This document shows, piece by piece, positions 58,449 to 64,000 of a stretch of 64,000 nucleotides of DNA (the stretch's first letter is position 1; every line of letters starts with the position of its first letter). Under the pieces are notes generated by a model. The model was not told where the DNA came from and did not search any database. It was given only the letters and a program-made list of their open reading frames with translations. A program made the position numbers and the translations under genes. The DNA comes from an uncultured virus (IMG/VR IMGVR_UViG_3300025879_000018) (taxonomy: Duplodnaviria; Heunggongvirae; Uroviricota; Caudoviricetes; Crassvirales), in the IMG/VR virus record IMGVR_UViG_3300025879_000018; one strand, 5' to 3'.

Positions 58449-58836
58449 TTATCTCGAATTTACGTTTGATTACAGGAATAAGTTCAGACATTAAAAATCT
58501 GTCCTTGTTATTCTTCATTAGCATACAAGCGTCTTCCGTCTTCAGTACTACACAATTGTTATTAGGCTTGTTCCAAATACAAAGCACAGCATAGTCTGAG
58601 TTACCAAGAGATTCCGTCTCAATACAATCAGTATTGACGTATGGTATATTTTCTTTTATGTAAAAGTTGGTAAAATATATTTCGAACTTGACTTTACCCT
58701 TGGTTTTAGGTGAAATAAATTCTGCATATGGAGGATTTAGGGACTCACACTTGAGTCCCCAATCCAAAGCCATATACATTCCAATAGCGTTACTCCAATT
58801 CTTGGACATCTCGCCTTGGAATCCCTGCTTATCCAT
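58360..58836 (-). CDS. hypothetical protein
   Basis: TAATG-coupled to the upstream gene. Confidence 0.65.
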   Translation of the reverse strand: MDKQGFQGEMSKNWSNAIGMYMALDWGLKCESLNPPYAEFISPKTKGKVKFEIYFTNFYIKENIPYVNTDCIETESLGNSDYAVLCIWNKPNNNCVVLKTEDACMLMKNNKDRFLMSELIPVIKRKFEISVNKLDDADLSDEAISKLQKGKIDNETRD

Positions 58837-59123
58837 TAGAATGGCAATCCGTCTGCTTGAGCAGCGTTAGAATTGTTAGCAGGAGCTGTTGTGTTTCCAG
58901 AGCTAGGGTCATAGACCTTAATCATATTGTAAGCCTTACCAGCCTTGCTCATTCCAGATACAGCAGTAAGGTACACACGACCTTGCTTTCCTTCTTTACC
59001 TTGAGTAGCGTAGCGCTTCAAGTCTTCCAATTCTGAAAGAGTTAATGAAAAGCGAGACTCAATACGTGGAGTTTCGCAGTAACCCACTAGCGGTGAGTTG
59101 TTGTTGTTTTGATTTTGTGACAT
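58836..59123 (-). CDS. putative single-stranded DNA-binding protein
   Basis: Disordered tail ending DGLPF; adjacent to the exonuclease and ERF genes. Confidence 0.55.
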   Translation of the reverse strand: MSQNQNNNNSPLVGYCETPRIESRFSLTLSELEDLKRYATQGKEGKQGRVYLTAVSGMSKAGKAYNMIKVYDPSSGNTTAPANNSNAAQADGLPF

Positions 59124-59130
59124 TTTAAAA

Positions 59131-59952
59131 TCAGATTAAATTAAACAATGCAAAGGTGTTCGTATCCTTTGTTGGGTTTGAGAGCCATCTATCGATGTTC
59201 TCGATTGCAGACCAAAACTTCCGTTCTCCACTTGCGATGGTAGACTCTGAAGCTTTGTAAACGGCACACAGGTAAGGCTTTGACTTTTGTTGACAAACCC
59301 AATAAAAGGTGTCAATTCCTAACACTGCGGTGTAGATGTAAGCTTGAATGTCATAGTTGTAACTATTGACATCGTACTTAAATCCACTTATAGAGCGAGT
59401 AGTTTTGCTATCTGAGATGAATCCATCTCCTAGTACATCAAGAAACCCTCTCACAGGTATCTCTCCTATCCATCCGTTAATCTCGTACTGAGCATCTCCA
59501 GTTAGATAGTCTCGAACCATTTTAATTTCGCCAGTCTCGGTATCGAGTACTTCGGAGTTGTCGAGGCGGAGAATCATATTCTCAGCCATCGACATATCCT
59601 CCTCAGAGACTATGAGTTTACCCGAATCTTCCGCTTCCTTTTGTTGTGTCGCCACAGCCTCTTTATAGGCTTTGGAAGACCTAGGATTCTTATAGTCTTT
59701 GCTTAGCGCTGAGACTATCTCAGCATCGTCTAACACATAAAACTGTTCGTGAGCCTTCTCTGGTTCAAGGAGTAGACAATCGTATAGTTTACCAAAGGAC
59801 AGCGCAGGAGAATCCTTTCGGAGCAGACCCCTCATATACAATTCAAACAGCTTCATATCTTGGTCACGAGAGCCATCCGCAGCATACTTGAGAGCGGAGT
59901 ACGAAACATACCCCTTACCTGTTACCTCTTGTAATCTAAGTGCAAAGTCCAT
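59131..59952 (-). CDS. RecE/exonuclease VIII-like PD-(D/E)xK exonuclease
   Basis: SYSALK..FGKLYD..LLEP..VRGFLD..DSKTT..YDIQAYIY. Confidence 0.8.
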   Translation of the reverse strand: MDFALRLQEVTGKGYVSYSALKYAADGSRDQDMKLFELYMRGLLRKDSPALSFGKLYDCLLLEPEKAHEQFYVLDDAEIVSALSKDYKNPRSSKAYKEAVATQQKEAEDSGKLIVSEEDMSMAENMILRLDNSEVLDTETGEIKMVRDYLTGDAQYEINGWIGEIPVRGFLDVLGDGFISDSKTTRSISGFKYDVNSYNYDIQAYIYTAVLGIDTFYWVCQQKSKPYLCAVYKASESTIASGERKFWSAIENIDRWLSNPTKDTNTFALFNLI

Positions 59953-60530
59953 TACTTAACGAATTTCTTGAGTGCGCCTAGTTGTTTCTCAGAGAAAGTA
60001 CTTCCGTACTTACTTTCGATTTGAGAATAAGCTTGTTTTTTGTCTTTAGCAGACTTTAAGTAATCAATACACTTTTGGAATGCATCAGAAGTAGGAGAAG
60101 CTGTAGAATTAGAAGTTGATTGTGAACTAGTACTCTTTCCGTGAGTGTTGGTGGCATCAGCATCCTTGGTATCGTCAATCAAGAACATACCATTGAGTGC
60201 ATACTTTCTAGCATATGAGCTAGAACTACCATAAGACTGAGCGATATCCATACCCTTACGATTAGGGTCTATCCCTGCTTGTGCTGAAGCATAAATGCTA
60301 TCAGCACCATCAGTAACTACTACGGTTGCATTGATAAACACAGCTCCGCCTACCTCCATAACCTCATCGGTTACACGCATAGACAAACCATTGCTTGCAA
60401 GTAAAGGCTTAACAGATTCTAAGATGTCCTCAGCTGAGCGGTAAGCATACTTACCAAAGCTGTTATATTGCCCCTTAGGAGCTTTTAGTTCTGACTGCAC
60501 TTTGATAAGTGCTTTGTTTAATTTTTCCAT
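59952..60530 (-). CDS. erf: ERF-family single-strand annealing protein
   Basis: LKAPKGQYNSFGKYAYRSAEDIL..AQSYGSSSSYARKYALNGMFLIDDTKDAD. Confidence 0.9.
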   Translation of the reverse strand: MEKLNKALIKVQSELKAPKGQYNSFGKYAYRSAEDILESVKPLLASNGLSMRVTDEVMEVGGAVFINATVVVTDGADSIYASAQAGIDPNRKGMDIAQSYGSSSSYARKYALNGMFLIDDTKDADATNTHGKSTSSQSTSNSTASPTSDAFQKCIDYLKSAKDKKQAYSQIESKYGSTFSEKQLGALKKFVK

Positions 60531-60575
60531 TTGGTTGAATTGAATTTAAGGCAAGTTAAAAAATAATTTCAGTAA

Positions 60576-60989
60576 TCAAAGAGTTTTTCGATAAAAAATT
60601 CTTTCGGGCATTGTTCCGTAGTACCAAGAGGTAACACCACAAAGCCATAGCTCTTCGCCAGTATCAGCGTGTTCGTAGTCAGCGCCATCTCCGAAGGGGT
60701 CTTCCTTAGTCTTTATTAGTATCTCTGCTTCATCGAAATGTTCTAGAGATACGTGAAGGGTAACATCGTTCCTATCCCAAGACCTCAAGCTCTCAAGCAA
60801 ATCATCAGCACCCTCTACCATCTCTAGATTCCACTTGCCACCCTTCCATTCTGGAAGGTCGACATACCATCTACCATTATGTTCTTTGTAGAATCTAAAC
60901 TCTCTTGTAGTCTTACCTAAGTGAGACGGCAAGAGAGAGATGATGAATGATTTGATACGCTTGTAAATATTTTTGATTTTTGTTTGCAT
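60576..60989 (-). CDS. DUF6717-like hypothetical protein
   Basis: WYVDLPEW..LEMVEGADDLL..WLCGVT..PERI. Confidence 0.65.
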   Translation of the reverse strand: MQTKIKNIYKRIKSFIISLLPSHLGKTTREFRFYKEHNGRWYVDLPEWKGGKWNLEMVEGADDLLESLRSWDRNDVTLHVSLEHFDEAEILIKTKEDPFGDGADYEHADTGEELWLCGVTSWYYGTMPERIFYRKTL

Positions 60990-61027
60990 ATGTTTAGAAT
61001 CTGTATTTATTATATAATTATCTATCT

Positions 61028-61070
61028 ATTATATATCATTATCCCTTAGGGGGATAATGATTTATATAAT
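61028..61070. repeat. long AT-rich inverted repeat (candidate origin or terminator)
   Basis: attatatatcattatccc-ttagg-gggataatgatttatataat. Confidence 0.75.
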
Positions 61071-61214
61071 ATTATCTAATAAGGGGGAGTTCGTTTACGT
61101 CTAAGTATAAATACTCTGTTGCCAACCTTGAATACCATAGAGCGCCCATTCACTCTTACTGAGTGAACAGGCACGCCTAGTACTTTTGTCTTAGAAGACA
61201 AGAAGGTATACAGC

Positions 61215-62108
61215 TTAGAAGGAATCAACATTGATAAACTCTTGAAGAGTATTGGTATCAACCATCTTGAGTACCTCATTGTACCCAATGTTAGACAGCT
61301 TGTAACCACCGCCTACCATAAGGTAGGTGTTCTTAGCATCTACATCTCTCGGAGCTGCTACGTGGTTAGTGTAACGAGTCACTGCATTGAACAAAGACCA
61401 TAGAGTCTTGCCGTGTGTATTGACCTCAGTAACAAGGGAATCAGCAAAGCTCTGCACTTGGTTTGACTTGCGAGTTGACACACTATCTTCGGGTGCATCA
61501 AGGCTTACCTTGAACATAGCACGGATGGTGCGGTCAACAGCCTCGTCAGTCAACGTAGTTGCATCGAAAGCTTTGTAAGTCTGAATCAAATTGAACTCCT
61601 CACGGATAGCATCTTGTAGCTGTGATATACTCACTGAGATACTTGACTCTGCATTACGAGTGTGGCGGTGTTTAGACTTCATCTCCTTAAGGGTACGATA
61701 GAATCCGTTGCTACACACTAACACTTTGTTAGCTACGCCAAAGGCGATAGATGTAGAGCCATCGTGAGAGTTCATAGCTGTGATAAATCTCTTGATATTA
61801 GAAGCACCTACACGTTCTTGCTCAAGCTCTGCTTGTAGGTATATCTTTTTACCACCTTGTAAAGAGCCACCATTAGTGATAGGGATACCTGCTACGTCAG
61901 TAAGCTCGACCATACGCTCCACAAGTTGGGAGTTCTGATAAGGTGTGTAACGCTCACCTGCTGTACCCAACCAAGCGTTGTTGTCATTACGGAAGATGCC
62001 GTAGCTCTCAGTAGGTAAACCATCCTCAGATACGAGAGGTTTCTTTTCTACTGACCAATTAAGTCCTGTCGATTGAAGGACATCGAAAGTTTTTTGAAAG
62101 TTATCCAT
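61215..62108 (-). CDS. DUF932/DUF945-family protein (start revised to 62108)
   Basis: GLNWSVEK..RYTPYQN..GSLQGGK..NSHDGS..VCSNG..TLWSLFNAVT..H. Confidence 0.85.
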   Translation of the reverse strand: MDNFQKTFDVLQSTGLNWSVEKKPLVSEDGLPTESYGIFRNDNNAWLGTAGERYTPYQNSQLVERMVELTDVAGIPITNGGSLQGGKKIYLQAELEQERVGASNIKRFITAMNSHDGSTSIAFGVANKVLVCSNGFYRTLKEMKSKHRHTRNAESSISVSISQLQDAIREEFNLIQTYKAFDATTLTDEAVDRTIRAMFKVSLDAPEDSVSTRKSNQVQSFADSLVTEVNTHGKTLWSLFNAVTRYTNHVAAPRDVDAKNTYLMVGGGYKLSNIGYNEVLKMVDTNTLQEFINVDSF

Positions 62109-62141
62109 AAGATTGAATTTAATTTGGCGTTGTTGCCGTTG

Positions 62142-62173
62142 CAAATATATAATTATCGAAGTGCCGATGTCAA
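62142..62173 (-). promoter_or_regulatory. Bacteroidota-type promoter
   Basis: Minus strand TTGacatcggcacttcgataattaTATATTTG; closely resembles the 2481-2513 promoter. Confidence 0.8.
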
Positions 62174-62239
62174 GCAATCAGTCATATTTTTTTTCGTAAA
62201 AATAGCTAACTGCTTGATTATCAGCGAGAAAAATTTTAT

Positions 62240-62473
62240 CTAGATTGAATCGAAGTAGCGTTGAAACATAGTGCCAGCGTCCTCGTCAAGCTCGGATGCA
62301 CACATCATAATCTCCATAGGCACACCATTCTCGTGCTGTAACCCCTCCTCCACAAACAAAACCTTTTCGGGTTCAGAGTCTCCGTGTGAGCGGAAGCTCA
62401 CCTCAATCTCTTCTAGATTGTTTCCTTGCATATGTAACTCTACAAGGAACATCATTAAGTCATTAGCCGTCAT
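62240..62473 (-). CDS. hypothetical early protein
   Basis: aactATG leader. Confidence 0.65.
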   Translation of the reverse strand: MTANDLMMFLVELHMQGNNLEEIEVSFRSHGDSEPEKVLFVEEGLQHENGVPMEIMMCASELDEDAGTMFQRYFDSI

Positions 62474-62475
62474 AG

Positions 62476-62973
62476 TTATTTATTTATATTTACTTTTAAT
62501 AATCTATCTGCATAGATATTGCAGGTTTTACCTGCTGTAGCTATCTCTACATAGTTCTCTGCGTGGCTATGGATATCACATATGAATGTAACATCGCCAC
62601 GTCTTACTCCAAGGTCTTCAAGACCTTCAGCGTCAACTATGACTACCTCATCACCCTCCTCCAAAGGAGTGTCGAACTTATCATTAGCCTTGACCTCTCT
62701 GATGATGGTCATACCATCAAAGAATAGGCTAGGGTATTCGCCAGATTCTCCTACGAACCCACACTGATAACACTTGCTATCGAGTCCATTGTCTATGAAC
62801 TGAACCGTACCACAGTTACCACAAGTAACTAAGTCATAGCCTAGCTTGTTTGCGACAGCCTCAGCTATTGTAATTTGATTCTTAGCAAGTGTCTCTCCCT
62901 TGCTCCAAGTATTGTTACGTTGTCTAGTTATTACTTTGCTTGTTGTTTTCATATTCTGTTTTCTTTTATCCAA
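62476..62973 (-). CDS. Zn-ribbon-containing hypothetical protein (start may be 62952)
   Basis: CGNCG..CYQCG plus an SH3-like C-terminus. Confidence 0.6.
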   Translation of the reverse strand: MDKRKQNMKTTSKVITRQRNNTWSKGETLAKNQITIAEAVANKLGYDLVTCGNCGTVQFIDNGLDSKCYQCGFVGESGEYPSLFFDGMTIIREVKANDKFDTPLEEGDEVVIVDAEGLEDLGVRRGDVTFICDIHSHAENYVEIATAGKTCNIYADRLLKVNINK

Positions 62974-63332
62974 TTGAAACTTTTATCGATTACTTTCATT
63001 ATCTCTTCACTAGTCCAAAACTTTTTCTCCTCATCGGAGATGGGTACTTTGTGAAAGATATCTTCTCTCCATTGTCTACTAGGTGGGTGGTACACACCAT
63101 TTTTATCCCAATAAGCAAAGTCAAGTACATCACCACCATCAGCGAGTTCAAAGTCGTAGTAGCTTAGATAGTTATCTAACTCCTCTATGTCTACTCGCTC
63201 TATGTCGAGTAGCCAACTTGACTCATCGTAAGAGTCTTCCCACTCTATACTATTTATAGTACCATCTTCATTGACACATAGTGTGCCGTGGCTACTGATA
63301 AAATCCATAGGTATTAATTCTTTATTTGTCAT
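62949..63332 (-). CDS. acidic hypothetical early protein
   Basis: gactATG leader. Confidence 0.65.
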   Translation of the reverse strand: MTNKELIPMDFISSHGTLCVNEDGTINSIEWEDSYDESSWLLDIERVDIEELDNYLSYYDFELADGGDVLDFAYWDKNGVYHPPSRQWREDIFHKVPISDEEKKFWTSEEIMKVIDKSFNWIKENRI

Positions 63333-63517
63333 AGTCCTTTTTCTTTGAGGTAAAGCTCACCGCACGTTGCGATAAGGTCGTCTACGTTAATAGTAAATGT
63401 TCCACATTCCTCTAGATTCTCACGAGCCTCTTGCCCAATTTGAGATTCTAAGTCGTATTGGTCTTGGTCGCTACCGCTGAAGTACCACGCCAAGAAATCT
63501 GCTTTGTCTATATTCAT
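63329..63517 (-). CDS. hypothetical early protein
   Basis: ATGA-coupled. Confidence 0.6.
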   Translation of the reverse strand: MNIDKADFLAWYFSGSDQDQYDLESQIGQEARENLEECGTFTINVDDLIATCGELYLKEKGL

Positions 63518-63744
63518 AGCTCAGTTTCTTTTATTATAAATTGTTGGTCAGTATTTCCGTTCGACATAAAGCAAAAGTAAAGTTCATCTAAGTCTTTCTC
63601 AGAGCTATATGTTAAGCCGTACGTTCTAAAAAAGTCGAAAGCCAATTGATTTTTAAGATTGATAGCTTCACTATAGGACTTAAATGTCCATACATTTACA
63701 TCGCAATCTCTCTCGATGATTTGTACTAGTGTAAATACTTTCAT
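63514..63744 (-). CDS. hypothetical early protein
   Basis: Preceded by the 63762-63781 hairpin and aaattttcaatgactATG. Confidence 0.65.
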   Translation of the reverse strand: MKVFTLVQIIERDCDVNVWTFKSYSEAINLKNQLAFDFFRTYGLTYSSEKDLDELYFCFMSNGNTDQQFIIKETEL

Positions 63745-63761
63745 AGTCATTGAAAATTTAA

Positions 63762-63781
63762 GAGGGGGTCTAAGCCCCCTC
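63762..63781. repeat. early intergenic hairpin GAGGGGG-tctaag-CCCCCTC
   Basis: Same family as 2068/3069/3887. Confidence 0.8.
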
Positions 63782-63789
63782 GTTATTAA

Positions 63790-63999
63790 TTACTTGTCGT
63801 AGTTAAGTTTAGCACTTACCATTACCTCAAGGCTATCAGCGAACTGCTGAATAGCTGTGTGAATCATAGACTCAACAGCATCTTGACTAATGCCACGTCC
63901 ACCTTGATTCTCAATCTCCTCAGAGATTAGTTGGTGCATACCATCTCGGTCTGCAATCTTCTCGGAAACAGTTTGAGCAAGGATGTCTATGTCAAGGGC
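63790..63999 (-). CDS. partial hypothetical protein (5' end outside the window)
   Basis: Open frame ..ALDIDILAQTVSEKIADR..LNYDK*. Confidence 0.6.
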   Translation of the reverse strand, partial: ALDIDILAQTVSEKIADRDGMHQLISEEIENQGGRGISQDAVESMIHTAIQQFADSLEVMVSAKLNYDK

Positions 64000-64000
64000 A

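Noticed and set aside
1..64000. Prophage or temperate lifestyle
   Set aside because: No integrase, classic repressor pair or flanking host genes recognised

Overview
The window holds most of a lytic, podovirus-like tailed phage genome. The host is almost certainly in Bacteroidota: TAnnTTTG -7 promoter boxes precede most operons and I see no Shine-Dalgarno sites. A + strand arm (~5.2-50.8 kb) carries packaging, structural and lysis genes: tRNA-Arg(UCU), tandem GroES-like protein, TerL, portal, modular tail fibres, scaffold, major capsid, ring/adaptor and nozzle proteins, three ejection-type proteins including a 3001-aa polyvalent protein, holin, DUF5675-type endolysin and a u-spanin. A - strand arm (50.8-64 kb and 0.1-4.5 kb) carries replication/recombination genes (primase-helicase, endonuclease I-like, ERF, RecE-like, SSB-like, MazG) and many small early genes. 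The arms diverge from a structured non-coding region at ~4.5-5.2 kb. The virion module looks crAss-like, but I recognise no RNA or DNA polymerase, integrase, RT or CRISPR array. The most notable observations are: (1) an un-annotated 33-aa free-standing peptide resembling the C-terminal redox tail of ribonucleotide reductase alpha; (2) an accessory-gene array joined by a recurrent 'FNTKEK*/ATGA' junction with a flanking duplication; (3) repeated hairpin-plus-leader cassettes in front of early genes; (4) small basic proteins sharing an MKAKK start; (5) fused terminator-promoter units; (6) apparent genome-wide GATC avoidance. All family names come from recognising motifs by eye, not from database searches.
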